Below, piece by piece: positions 13,710 through 27,296 of a stretch of 64,000 nucleotides of DNA. Made by a program: the position numbers and the translations under genes. The notes beneath the pieces are model-generated. The model ran no database searches. It was not told the origin of the DNA and was given only the letters and a program-made list of their open reading frames with translations. The stretch's first letter is position 1; each line of letters begins with the position of its first letter. This DNA comes from Azolla caroliniana (Eukaryota > Plantae > Polypodiophyta): contig JBHGNT010000022.1 in assembly GCA_043228905.1 (NCBI GenBank), positions 1,116,001 to 1,180,000 on the forward strand, in the 5' to 3' direction.

Positions 13710-14511
13710 GCGGTTCCGGTTTGGTTGGTGTCGAGAATGAACATCCTCCCTTCACGGCGCCCTTGCGCGATTACTTTGCCTTCTTCTTCGATGTAGCACC
13801 CGAGGTGTGTGAATCAAACTTGCATCCCTTGGTCGACGATATGATCGACCGACACCAGGTTCTTGGTTATTGTCGCGACGTGCAACATGTTCATAAGTTT
13901 CCCTTTCTGCCTGACGTGGCTAAGAGGAACTTCTCTAACAGGTTCGATGGTATGCGGAGTGTCGTCTCCCATTTCAACCACTCCTTGCTCTTCCAGTTTC
14001 TCAAAGTATGAGAACCATTCCTCATGACTCATCATATGATTTGATGCTCCGGAATCAACATACCACACCTCACTCAATTTCAAGGTGTTCACGGCCATCG
14101 AATTGGCCTTGTGCTTCATTACGAAGGCTAGGCCCGATCCATTTCCGGCTCGTTCGGAGCCTTCGGCGTAGTGTGATTTCTAACGCCTTCTTGCGTCTCT
14201 TCCGCTCGATTTGGCTTCGTCCGAATTGGTTCTCTTCTTCTAGCACTCGCTCTCCCTGTGACCTTTATTACCACAGTACCAGCATTCCGTCGCGGCCTTC
14301 TCTTGCCGACTTCCAACGCTGCTATGACCCCCCCTGCTTCCGGAGGGTTCAGAATTTCTTCTGGCATTTCTTCCTCCGTGTACAGCATCCTACCGTCAAT
14401 GTGTGTACTTGTCAACACACCCGCATGATTTTCCTCCACAAGCAACATCAACTAAAGCTCAAAGAACGAAGGTGCATTCTCCCTTATGCACACTACCGTT
14501 CGGAATGCTCC

Positions 14512-17500
14512 TGTAGAAAGTAGCGTGCGGAAGCAAGTATGAAGACAGAACAGAGGAAGGAAACTCAGGTTCAATGGAGAGCTTAGGCTTACACGGTATA
14601 CGCGGGAGAGACGGAGAGAGAAACACAAAAAACTATATTCAACAATAATACTCAATCTCTGTGTACATAAGACGTGCTCAGTGAGCACTTTTATACAAGT
14701 CCTAAAAGGACTGACCGAAGTACTGACAGTACTTCAATGCTCATCAAGAGCCCCTACACTAACTCCCAAATATATTCCTCACGGAATATCTTTCCTAACG
14801 ACCTCCTGGTTTATGCACTCGGCCTAACCGATCGGTCCCAACCGATTCGGTCCTCGGCTTCTTCAGCCGATCTGGCCGATGTTGAGCTTGTCTCTCAACA
14901 CTCCCCCTCAAGCTCAACTTGAGGCTCTTCGGGATCTTCACAGCACCGGTTCCTCCTGGCTTCTCGCCTCGCTCGCGCTCCTCGACCTGTTCGACTCCGC
15001 GCGCTTCGACCCTTCCGGTCGGCTTGTCTGCTCATGTGGCCCTCATCAACTCTTCTGTTGTTGCAGTGTTAACGCTTCTTCTGCTGTCTTTTCTTCCACT
15101 TGAGCCTCGGTTGATTCAACGTGTCTGAATCAAACATACGAACCGACTCGGCTACCTCCGATCGGTTTTCGCTCTCGTCCGAGTTGGCTGTCTCCAACTC
15201 GTCTTCGGTCTTCTCGCCCTCGATGGCGTCATCTTCCCCATGCGTGGTTGGCTTCAGCTCTCTCCTTCGGTTGCTCCCCTTCTGTCCTCTTCCGAACTTT
15301 TCCGCGGGTCCGCCCTCGGCTTCTTCAGCCGATCCATCTTCAACCGAGTCAACAAACGAGTCAACCGACTCGGTGTCATGGTCACCACTCCTTTCCTGCT
15401 GCCTTGCTTGGTCGTTCGGGACTGTTCTCCCCCTCAAGTTCGGCACGTCGAGGTGACGCAACCCGTGCGCACCTGAGAATTGCCGCAACTTGTCCAGACC
15501 AAGTGGCTTGGTGAAGATGTCGGCAGTCTGCCGATCCGTCAGAACGTACTGAAGTTCGACTTCACCGGAAAGGACACGCTCACGGACGAAATGGTAGTGC
15601 ACCTCAATGTGCTTGGTCCGTGCGTGGAAAACACGGTTTTTCGCGAGCTGGATGTTGCTAAGGTTGTCGCAGTAGATCATCGTCGGATCGGACACCTCCT
15701 CTTGCAGGTCCTTAAGTAGCCGGTTCAACCATATGGCTTTGCATGTCGCGACAGCCGCTCCTCGGTACTCCGCTTCGGTGCTCGACAGTGCAATTGTCGG
15801 CTGCTTCTTACTGCTCCACGCTATCGCGGCACTCCCGAGGGAGAACGCGTATCCAGACGTGGATCGACGATCGGCGGCGTTGCCAGCCCAATCAGCATCG
15901 GTGTAGCCGACTAACTGTGCAACTGCACCGGTCCGATATAGCAGTCTGCGGTCCTTAGTGCCGCTTACATACCGAAGTATGCGTTGCGCACACTGAAGGT
16001 GCTCCTCGGTAGGTCGCGCCATGAACTGACTAATCACCCCAACCGGATAACTGAGCTCGGGTCGGGTGATGGTCAAGTATATGAGGCTTCCGATAATTTG
16101 TTGGAACCTCGTCGGGTCGCATACCTTTCCCATATCGGGACGAAGCTTCACGGTTCTATCCAGAGGAGTCGAGACGGACTTACAGTCGGCCATCCCGAAT
16201 TTGAAGAGCATACTCAGCACGTAGTGACGTTGGCTGATCAATATGCCTTCGGGGGTACGGATCACTTCGATCCCGAGGAAGTAATGAAGGTCCCCCAGAT
16301 CCTTCATGTCGAACGATGCCGCAAGTTGGAGCTTCACGCGGTCGATTTCACCTAGGTCAGCGCCGGTGATGACCAAGTCATCAACATACAGTAAAATACT
16401 AACCGGTCCGAGTCAACCTTTCCGGATGAACAAGGAAGAGTCCGATTTTGACGTGACGAAGCCCATCCGACGCAGTTGTTGCGTGATCTTCGCGTTCCAG
16501 GCACGCGGGGCTTGCTTCAGTCCGTAAAGGAACTTCTTCAGTCGGCATACTGCCGAGGAGTTCGTTCCGGAGTGAAATCCGGGGGGTTGTACCATGTACA
16601 CCTGTTCCTCAAGGTCACCTTGCAGGAACGCATTCTTTACATCCATCTGATGTAAGTGCCACCCCTTGGCCGCGGCTACTGCGAGCAAAACACAAACGGC
16701 CGTCATTTTTGCGACCGGCGCAAACGTCTCATCGTAGTCGATGCCGTGTTTCTGCGCGTAGCCCTTTGCCACTAGCCGAGCCTTGTACCGGTTGACCGAG
16801 CCATCGGTGTTGTACTTGACTTTGTACACCCATCTACACCCGATCGGCTTCACACCCTTCGGTGCGTCAACCAGGTCCCAGGTCTCGTTCTCCGCCAATG
16901 CGTGCATCTCTTCCTCCATCGCGGTGCGCCAATTCGCGTCCTTCGCCGCTTCTGCGTAGCTTTCCAGCTCACGCACTTCCGCTACACAGGTCATGTACGC
17001 ATAATGATGCGCCATGTACTCGTTGTATCCGAACAGCACAACTGGGTTCTTCTAGCGGGTAGATCGGCGTAATCTCACATTAGCCGATGTCGAGGCCTTC
17101 TCAGTCGACGCGGTCTTCATCTTTAAAGACCTGTCACCGGTTCCCTCGGAGTCGGACTCGCGTCGATCTGACTCGTTCCTTTCCGTGCCGGAATCCGACA
17201 CCTTCTTCTTCCCTTTCTCCTTGCGCGTAAGCCGTATCCTCGGCTTCCTGCACGGGGATTGCACGGCCGAGTCTCCACTACTCGCCGGCTCTTCATCAGA
17301 CTGGTCGTACCGACTCAGTCGCCCAATTGGTCCACTTAACCGGAGTGAAATCGGACTCTCTTCGCGGGTCTCGATTTCTGGCTCATCCGGAGGCATCTCA
17401 GCCTCGCTGACCTCATCGTCAGAACTCGTATTGGAGTCGGGGTTCCGAGTCGAGGGCAGGTACCAGGACGCGGACTCGTCAAACACAACGTCGCGGCTGA

Positions 17501-20188
17501 CACGCGCTTGTTTGGTGCGAGGGTTATAGCACTTATAACCCTTCTGCTCGTCCGAGTAACCGACCAAGATGCACTTCTCGGCCTTTGCGTCCAGCTTCCT
17601 CCTTTTCTCCTTCGGTACATGCACATACGCAATGCTACCAAACACCCTCAAGTGTCGCAAGTTCGGCTTCGTTCCGAAATATAGCTTGTGCACCGACACT
17701 TTGTCTCTAATCCGGTTCTGGATGTATACCACGGTCCTTACCGCCTCGGCCCAGTAGAACTTGGGCAAGCTCTTCTCCTCCAGCATTGCCCGTGCTGCTT
17801 CCACAACTGACCGATTCTTTCTCTCGGCCACGCCGTTCTGCTCTGGCGTGTATCTACAACTGAATTCGCGCCGAATTCCCATTTGTTGTAGGTAACCGTT
17901 GAATTGACCGGAAAAGTACTCTTTCCCGCCATCCGACCGCAGGCACTTGATCTTTCGTCCCGTTTCGGTTTCCACGAACCCTTTGAGGTCCCGGAAACAG
18001 TCGAAGACTTCGCTCTTCCTCTCAATGAGGTAGATCCACGTGTGCCACGTGTGGTCGTCAATGAAGGAGACGAAATATCGGCTCCCGCCAAGACTAACGT
18101 TTTGTGCCGACCCCCACACATCCGAGTGTATAAGGTCGAGCTTGTTCCGGCTCCGGTTTCGCTCGTTGGGGAAAGGAAGTCGGTGTTGCTTCCCGAGCTG
18201 GCAGGCTTCACAAATTTGTGCCTTTCGGCCACTAAACTTGGGGAATCCGAACACTACCTGTTTTGATTGCAGATCTTGAAGCCGCTGGTGGTTGACGTGG
18301 CCTATCCGCTTGTGCCACAAGTCGATGTCCGACTCGGTCTTTTGTCCCTTCGCGAACATTGCGGTGCCGCCGTCAGTGGAGTCGAGGATGAACATCCTCC
18401 CGTCTCTGCGCCCTTGCGCAATCACATGGCCTTCTTCCTCAATGAAGCACCCGAGGTGTGTAAACCGAACCTCCATCCCTTGGTCAACGATCTGTCCGAC
18501 CGAGTCCAAGTTCTTCGTGATTGTCGGAACATGCAACACGTTCTTGAGTTTCCCTTTCTGCCCGACATGGCTAAGGGGAACTTCTCCGACATTCGCGATC
18601 GGATGCGGAGTGTCGTCTCCTATTGCGACTACTCCAGGTTGTATCGGTTTTTCAAGGTACGAGAACCACTCCTTATGGCTCGTCATGTGGTTTGACGCGC
18701 CGGAGTCTACGTACCACACCTCGTCCGATCTCGGGGTGCTCTGTTTCATTGAGTTTGCTTCGTGTCTCGTCACGAAGACAGACCCTTCTACGACTCTCCC
18801 AGAGTCTTCGGCGTAGTGCGATCACTACCGATTTCCCTTGTCGGTATGTCTAGAGCCGTTCCCGGAACCAGTTCTCTCCGAATCGGTGCGCTTCTTCCAG
18901 CACTCACTTTCCTTGTGGCCTTTCTTGCCACAGTACCAGCACTCCGCAATGGCCTTCCCTTGCCGGTTCTCATCGCTTCGACTCCCCCTGTTTCCGGAGG
19001 GTCCGGAGTTGTTGTCGGCATCACTTCGGTGCCTTCTTCCTTGATCACGTCGGCCGCCTCCATTGCGCGCCGACTCGCCTCGTCCGCCACGACCATGGGG
19101 CCTTTCTCCCTCCGTGTACAACATCTTGTTGTCGGTGTGCGTGCTCGTCGACGCACCCACGTGGTTCTCCTCTACCAAGAGCATCGACTGTAAGTCGAAA
19201 AAGGACGGCGTATTCTCCCGGGTACACACAGCCGTTCGGAACGCTCCGAACTTCGACGCCAAACCTCTGAGACAGATCTAGACCATCTCGCTCTCCTCGA
19301 TGTTCACCTCTATGGAGGCGAGGGAGTCGCAGATATCCTTGATCTTCGAGGTATAGTCCGCCACCGACAAGTCGCGTTGTCGTAGGTTGCTCAACTCCTG
19401 TCGGAGCTTAAGCTTCCTAGCTGTGGTGCTCGCAGCGAAAATCTTCTTCAGATTTTCCCACGCACCCTTCGGCGTCTTTGCATCCCGAACATAGCTCAAT
19501 AGTTGTTCGCCCACACACGACGCGAAGTAGTATAGTACCCTGCTCGCCGATTGCTCCCACGACGGGAAGTCTCTGTGTGTTGATTCGGGTGCCGCGTCAT
19601 TAGCTCCTTCGACATAACTCCAGTAGCTGTGCCCAAGCAAGTACGGGTGCATCTTGTAGGACCAAGACGCATAGTTGGTTCTGTCGAGCTTCTCTGTTGG
19701 AAGCGAGCTCGTCATGCCTCTATCCATCATTCTTCTTGTTCTTCTTCGTCAAGCTGTGTCGGTTGCAGAGAGGTTCTCAACCCTCGCGCTCTGATACCAT
19801 GTAGAAAGTAGCGTGCGGAAGCAAGTATGAAGACAGAACAGAGGAAGGAAACTCAGGTTCAATGGAGAGCTTAGGCTTACACGGTATACGCGGGAGAGAC
19901 AGAGAGAGAAACACAAAAAACTATATTCAACAATAATACTCAATCTTTGTGTACATAAGACGTGCTCAGTGAGCACTTTTATACAAGTCCTAAAAGGACT
20001 GACCGAAGTACTGACAGTACTTCAATGCTCATCAAGAGCCCCTACACTAACTCCCAAATATATTCCTCACGGAATATCTTTCCTAATGACCTCCCGGTTT
20101 ATGCACTCGGCCTAACCGATCAGTCCCAACCAATCCGGTCCTCAGCTTCTTCAGCCGATCCGGCCGATGTTGAGCTTGTCTCTCAACA
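14512..20188 (-). mobile_element. Full-length Ty1/copia element C (LTRs 14512-14900 and 19800-20188; TSD GCTCC)
   Basis: 389-bp near-identical LTRs, TSD GCTCC (14507-14511 and 20189-20193), PBS TGGTATCAGAGC (tRNA-iMet, 19788-19799), PPT AGCTTGAGGGGGAG (14901-14914). Confidence 0.97.
15069..19730 (-). pseudogene. gag-pol of copia C (several in-frame stops and at least one apparent frameshift)
   Basis: Gag (KLDRTNYASWSY; CWYCGKKGHKESEC), PR WYVDSGASNHM, GAG-pre-integrase WHKRIGH, integrase [33 protein letters not shown] / YVDD, RNase H GYTDADWAG..RTKHIEV. Confidence 0.93.
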
Positions 20189-21149
20189 GCTCCGAACTTT
20201 GACGCTAACCCTCCAAGACAAACCTGCACCATTTCGTCCTCCTTGACGTTCACGTTGACGAAGGCAAGAGAGTCGGAAATCTCCTTGATTCGGGTCGTGT
20301 AATCAGATACAAACAAATCTTTCTGTCGGACATTGTTGAGCTCCTACCTGAGTTGTAGCTTCCTGGCCATTGTGCTAGCGGCGAAAATCCCCTTGAGATT
20401 CACCCACACGTCCTTTGGCATCTTAGCATCCTAAATGTAGCTCAAGAGCTGGTCGCTCACACAAGACGCGAAGTAGTAAAGAACTCTGCTTGCCGCTTGT
20501 TCCCAAGCCGAAAAATCTTTGTGTGTCGATTCGGGTGCTGTATCATTAGCTCCTTCGAAATAACTCCAGTAACCATGACCAAACAGATACTTGTGCATCT
20601 TGTACGACCAAGATGCGTAGTTGCTCCTGTCGAGCTTCTCAATCGGTAGCGAGCTTCCCATTACTCTGTCCTTATTGCTGTCTTATCCTTTCTGAAAAAC
20701 AATAATTTAACTCTGTCTTTATCGCAAGCTTTTTGTCGGCTGTAGAGGAGTGTGTATGCCGAAACACAGAGTACACGGTTCGGAAGTATGACAGTTTGGT
20801 AAAACACAGAAACATAGAGAAGGAGAGGGAGAGACAAAGAGAGAGAAGAAACTAACTATATTCAAAAATAGTTCTCTGTATGTTATCTATACATACTTCG
20901 TGCTCAGTGAGCACCTTTTATACAAGCCCTGACTATTGGGCTGACACAACTACTTATAGTACTTAACCGCTCATAAATGAGCATCCTACACTTCCTCCCA
21001 AAATTATTCCTTATGAGGAATAACATTCTAACAGCCTCTCGGTTTACATACCACTACGGCCATATTTTGCGTACAGTTTTTACGCATCCAATCTACGCAC
21101 TGGGTTATGCACCCGTTTACACACCCAATGTTGACCTTGTCTCTCAACA

Positions 21150-21567
21150 ATGTGGAAAACCCCAAATCGGGTAAAAACCACGGGTGTGCACAGACACCAA
21201 ACAAATCACTATAAGAGAGGTGTACAACTACACAAACACACAGGCACCGACCCGCGTTCGTTCACTTTGCTAACTAGCAGTTACAACAGAGGCTCTCTCA
21301 CACTCACACACTTCGTCTGTTTTGGCTATGGAGGCAACGATTTCGCACACACGTACTCAGTTACACTCTTCTACACAATAAACAAGATAACTCAATCACA
21401 CACATAGAGTTTGTCCTAGTTATCTTTATACTTAGAAAACTTTCGGGCTATTTACAAGTATAGCCTCAACAGGCACATCCGAACATATTTACTAATATGT
21501 TCCTACTGTTGGTTCACACCAGATCCAGCTCGTCCGATTCGCATCTAGAGGGACCGATTTCCCAACA
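21150..21567 (-). repeat. Partial copia-type LTR that element A inserted into
   Basis: On the - strand it begins TGTTGGGAAA and contains GTGGTTTTTACCCGATTTGGGGTTTTCCACA, a motif also seen in the LTR-like stretch near 48410-48440. Confidence 0.5.
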
Positions 21568-22082
21568 CTTCCATAGTTTTAGATAGTATTTCACTTTTTA
21601 AGATATTGGGACTTATGCATGTTTAGAGAACAAGGAATGTCTTTGGATTTGACGCACAAGCAAGAGTGCAAAGACATATTAGCCTATTGAAAGGTAGTTT
21701 TCTTTGTTATATTTCTATGTTGGAAATGTTGGGGTTATTATCGATTGACGAGGTACAAATATGTGTTTAGGTCCCCCACCGTATTGGATCATTTGTTAAT
21801 CGTCTTGCCTAACGGCTTATAGGTGCACATGAGCCCATATGGATCCTTTGGTCTATTGGTCTTCAGTTCTTTGTGGTTTATTGTCCATAATTAAAATGAG
21901 AGATAGATAGATAGATAATTGCAAGAGGCATCTAACAAACAAGTTTGATCCGCACAAGGCACATAAACCAAAAGGACTTCTTTGTGAATAAGAAAACAAC
22001 TTTCTTGAAAACTTCCCAAGTGCATTCTAGTGTTGCGCCATTTTGAAACTCTTTTTTTATTATATATCGCCAAACACCTTGT

Positions 22083-22115
<33 letters not shown>

Positions 22116-22553
22116 TTGAAAATAAACATCGAGACCAACGATAAAGTTTTGAGCACTGTATTTACCATTCTTACCATAGTAAATAGTATAGTACAAGTAT
22201 TACCCTTCAAACTTCCTTAAATTAATTAGGACTACAGGGTTCTAACACGTGAAATGATATATCATTGCTTGTGAACATATTTTTTACAAGTGTCCCCCAA
22301 CCTTTTGTTTGCTTGGAAACTTCTTTGGTGGAATCCCCCAACATAAACCTTTGTCTAGATTTGGGATAATGTGTCCATCATATTTTGCCTCTTCTATGGT
22401 TAACATGGAGATGTCTTAAAATAAGATTACCACAATTCTAGTTTATCAATACTAGCATCTTCGGCCCACTCGACCAAATTATTCTAGAAATATTGATATA
22501 ATTAATTTAGATTGTTTCTTTCTCTTTTAGACCATTTTGAATTTCTTAAACAA

Positions 22554-22901
22554 GTGATATAATAAAATATAATAAACAACTTAAAATGAACACAATATTA
22601 TGCCTACATTTTTTGCTATAGGTATTAAGGACCAAGCATCACCAAACTAAGGGGCATAGTATGACTTGCCTGAATGCAATAGCAATTTGCCAATTCAATT
22701 TCACATTGTTTGAATCTTGCCGAGGTAAAGTGATATCATAAAATATAATAAACAACTTAAAATGAAAACGATATGTCTACATTTTTTGCTGTAGGTATTA
22801 AGGACCAAGCATCACCAAACTAAGGGGCACAATATGACTTGCCTGAGTGCAATAGCAATTTGCCAATTCAATTTCACACTGCTTGAATTTTGCCGAGGTA
22901 A
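22554..22901. repeat. Tandem duplication, 2 x ~177 bp
   Basis: GTGATAT..AAACAACTTAAAATGAA..GGACCAAGCATCACCAAACTAAGGGGCA..GCCGAGGTAAA occurs twice head-to-tail. Confidence 0.85.
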
Positions 22902-25628
22902 AAATAGTCAATTTAGCAAATAAGTATGATTTGTTTGGAAGGATTCAAAGATACATTTGTTTTCTACAAGACCTAACAAGAATTTGCTTCTCTATCATAT
23001 TGTTTTGCATGCCTACAAGTTCTTCTTCAAAGTTTTGTATGCATTTTTGCTACACACACTCATAGTTGTACATAAGAACAATCTAAGATTCAAGATTTCA
23101 TCTAAACTTGTTTCTATCTCGAGGAAATGTTTGGAAAGATTCAATAATATTCAACAAATCCATATGTCCAAAACTCCTCAATGCTCACATGCCTTAGATG
23201 TCGTACTCTTAGACATACAAGGACATCCACTATTCTCAAAATGACAATGTTCATTTTCGTGAATGAACATAGCATTTGTAGGCTAGAACTAGGATGTTTT
23301 ATAAGTTTGTGTTTGTCTGATCTGGTGATTCTCATGAACATCTCTACCTAGTATCCACCTTCTCATTTATACCCTAAATGTTTTATAATTTTATCTTTCT
23401 AGTTGTATATGCCCTTCAACTTTAACATGTTTATCTTTAAGGCATGATTCTCCTTTAACCATGTGACGTACATTTATCACATCAAACAAAGAGATTGATC
23501 ATCATAAGAACAACATCCCACATTGTTCACATAGAAATGTACATTGCAAAATTTCATAGGATTTTATTTTGATTGTGAAACATTAGCGAAGGACCAACAT
23601 TGTGATCTAAAAATCAAAATGGATCACTTTTTATTAAATTAGCAGGTTTCATTGTAATTGAAGAATGTGGGTATATATGCTTCAAGGGAAAAGGTAATAA
23701 AACGAATCCAATTAAAAAAGAACATAGGGAACTATGAAGAGTTGTATTTCACACTAATTAAGTAGTGCTAAAAAAATCAATCGGGCTTGAGTTCCATTAT
23801 TTGGGAAGAAAACTTCATATGATTGTGTAGCTACATGATTGTTCCCCATCATCGCACTCAATGAGTGTTGTTCACTGTCAAAGGTTAACCCTAAGCATGT
23901 GCATGTCAATATCTAGACATTGACTTGCCACAACCTTCAAATTGACAACATACCAATTCCCTCGATGGATTGTGGCGTAAGAAGATCTCTCCATAAGAAG
24001 GATAAAAGTATCCATTGTTCTATAATTCGAATTTTTGTACAATGAACATATTAACATTGTTACGAAAAAGCAAGGCTACCCTAGGCGCACACAAATATAT
24101 GTGATGTGTTCATAGTTTGTCCTTAGTGGGACAAAAGTTAGACTAGTGTAAAAGGATATTATTAGTGGGAACAATCAACTAAATGAAAATACTAACATTT
24201 GCGGTATTATCTGTATCAAAAATATTCCTTCGGGACACACGGTGCAAGGAGAGGTTATTAAGAATTGGGAAATGATACTTGGGTAAATAATTTTGTCATG
24301 AGAAATTGAAGTTTTAGTTTTTTTAAACCTATAATGCTAATGCGGTCCTTACAAACTTTATTGTAGTAACATGTTAATTCTCATACATGGGAAAAGGTGA
24401 TGTAACTAATGGTTGTATGATGATGAGGGTCACCTTTACCTCAACTTCATCTTATTCATGATATGTCTTTATCAATGTTCCTCATATTCAAACTTTGATG
24501 GATATGGTGTATTCCTCGCCTTGTAAATGGTTCATCTCTTTTCATTCAAGTGCAGGCATGTTGTGTCACCCCCAATAATATGTATAGCAAATCTCATTTT
24601 TGTTCTCATGGCGTTTCAAACTTACTTTAGCTTTGTCGTCTCCAATGTGCTACTTCTATCTCTCAACATCTTAAAACTTAGTTTGAGTTGGTTCCAAAAT
24701 CTTTGATTAATCAAATCAAACTCTTCATATGTTTTGACAAAGCACAATGCATAAATGGGACCATTAATTCTTAACGTTTGATTATTGTTGAAATTCATTA
24801 GTTCATATTGATTGATGCATTGAACAAGTGTATACTTATTAATTCCAGCCAATTCACATGCATTGTTCCTAGATATGTCTATTCAAAAGGAAAAGGAACC
24901 AACACTTTAGGTTGTTGATATAATTGAGGTAAGTATGAGGGGGACCACTACACATTATTGTGTTTGAGAGACCCCATAACGTAGGGTGGTTGCATGCAAA
25001 AAATGGGCACATTTACATGTATACACATTTAGGAAGTGGTCGTACAAGAGAGACCATGGTGGGTCCAACACTCTTATGAGATGTTTAACAATTGAGGCAT
25101 ACATTGTTAATATGTCATTCGCTACGATTTAGAGGAGCATTGACGATAATTATCTTGGCATCATCAAGTATGGTTAGGCAATGAACGCAACCACTCCACG
25201 ACTGCAACCTAAAAGTATCATTAAACAATTAAACAACTTAATAAATGGAACCCAAGTAGTCATTTCATTAGGTCGAAACCCTAAGTGCACCTATGTAGCC
25301 CATATTACATTTATGGTGTCGCTACAAAGCATTGAGATCAATTCAAATTAGCCTACAATCGTGATGAGTAATATACACCTCTTTACACATGTTTCTTGGT
25401 GCATATCCATAATTGAGACTTATCAATTATATTTGTATTTGCTACAAATGCATTTTGCGCAAGTCATTGTTACTGGCATTTGTGACGGGGAAGAGGTGAT
25501 TGCATTGTCAAGCACTTTTCACACACCCATAATGTGTATAAGGCACAAATAATCTCAAACATATTCATGATGGTGAGTCACAAGTGGGGAATAGATATTT
25601 AGGTAATAAAGAAGTATGGACAAGACTC

Positions 25629-25659
<31 letters not shown>

Positions 25660-26505
25660 AAGTTAGACAAACAAATTTTATTATCGTCTACATAGGGCAA
25701 ATTGTTGTCTATGTGTATGTGCACAATCTGCTATCTAAATATTAGCTAGTAAAATAACATGATGGAGGGATGGATGGATGTAGTCACTCAAGGATTTGTC
25801 TTCTAGGCAAAAACAAAATTCAACTAAAGCTTTGTGTCTTATATATTTGAATCTCCGAAAAACAAACAAAAGAAATTAAATTCTTACCCATTAGCTCTCT
25901 CTTCCCCCCCCCCCCCCCCCCCCTCTCTCTCTCCATAGGTACCATCAAAGCTTGTATAAAATGCACTACTCTGTTTGTGTCCTCAATTCTCTATATTAAA
26001 AGTTGGTCTCTTGTGCTCTATTTTTTGGTGACAACCCATGTAGACTTGTTCCTTTAGAGGAAACTGCCCATCAGTGGTAGATTTAGCGTTAGATCCACTA
26101 GCTACAAGGGTTGAATCCTGCATATTTTTTTTCCTTTTTTTGTCAGGTATTGGCAAAAATCCTAGCGACACGTCGGGGTTCAAATCTCAACTCACACTTG
26201 TCAAATCGAACATTGTTCCCTTTACGACAGACAAAGACATTGCCACTAGGAGAAGAATCTAGTTTTACTATTATCGACACCCACACACATACACACATAT
26301 ACATACGCACACACATACACAAACAAAAACACATATGGATTCACACACAAATGTAGACATGCATATGGGAGTGAAAACACAAAAATCCAAACACGTGCAC
26401 TCTCTGAATCCTCATCCACACATAGCTTTAATTTCTCACCCTTTGTTCCATTGCTCTGCTAATCTTTAGTGATGCAAGATGTATTTGTTTGTCTCTAATA
26501 ACACG

Positions 26506-26506
<1 letters not shown>

Positions 26507-26569
<63 letters not shown>
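26507..26569. repeat. Compound microsatellite (CT)n(CA)n upstream of PIN
   Basis: Read directly from the sequence. Confidence 0.9.
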
Positions 26570-26573
<4 letters not shown>

Positions 26574-27296
26574 GTCTCTCAAAGTGTAGAGTTATGTCAC
26601 ATGTCTCGATGAATGGGTAAATACCCCATTTTTATTGTAAACCAATTGTTTCATGGGCCAACTTAGAAGCAAAATCTCTCTCTCTCTCTCCCAAGCTTCA
26701 AAACCTTGAAACAAGTTCATGTCATATCCGCATTTTAACACATTCAAGTTTGTTTTCCCTACATTATCAATTGGATCTATCCCTACCTATATTTCACTCG
26801 GAGTACAAAGTCGACCTCTCAATTTCACACACAAACATACACGTCCATGTCCATGTCCATGTCCACATCCACATACGCATGCCCATGCCCATGCACATTT
26901 ACATACACATACACATACAAATATGTTTTACCCTTACCTTCTCTTTTGTACTCCAATGTGTGTGTGTGTATATATTGTCTTTTTAATTTTTCTCACATGA
27001 TGGAAACAATGTTGGCCCCTCCTTCTTTCCTTTCTTTTTCCTTTATAACTATTGTTGTTCCCTCTCCTTTAAGCAAACAATGTTTGTTTTTTTGTCCTCC
27101 TCTCGCTTCTACCACTCGACCCTCTCAATAAAACAAATACACTTTGAGAAAAAACATTGATTTGTTAATGAAATCCCAGCAAATTATATCATAATGGTTC
27201 CATAACTTAACCCAAATCCTCTACAATTACACACATACATACACATATTTATATTATATCTGGTTGGGTTGCCACATTCCCCAAGCTGTATAAATT

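Larger units (their letters stand above)
4429..21149 (-). mobile_element. Old Ty1/copia element A, disrupted by three insertions
   Basis: RT fragments (LLYVDDL; [12 protein letters not shown]) 4429-5180, integrase 5350-6560, protease WYVDSGASNHM 13814-14119, gag 14130-14510 and 20190-20661, LTR remnant ~20745-21149 ending ..CTCTCAACA. Coding sequence resumes across each insertion's TSD. Confidence 0.9.

Noticed and set aside
18822-18827. TAG at the same gag/protease boundary position in copia C (18825) and copia A (14180), suggesting programmed read-through
   Set aside because: C has a second stop (TGA) immediately after, the CARYYA context is not intact, and shared CAG->TAG changes occur elsewhere (A ~20345 and D 62253). 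Recurrent deamination is sufficient, though a family consensus would settle it.
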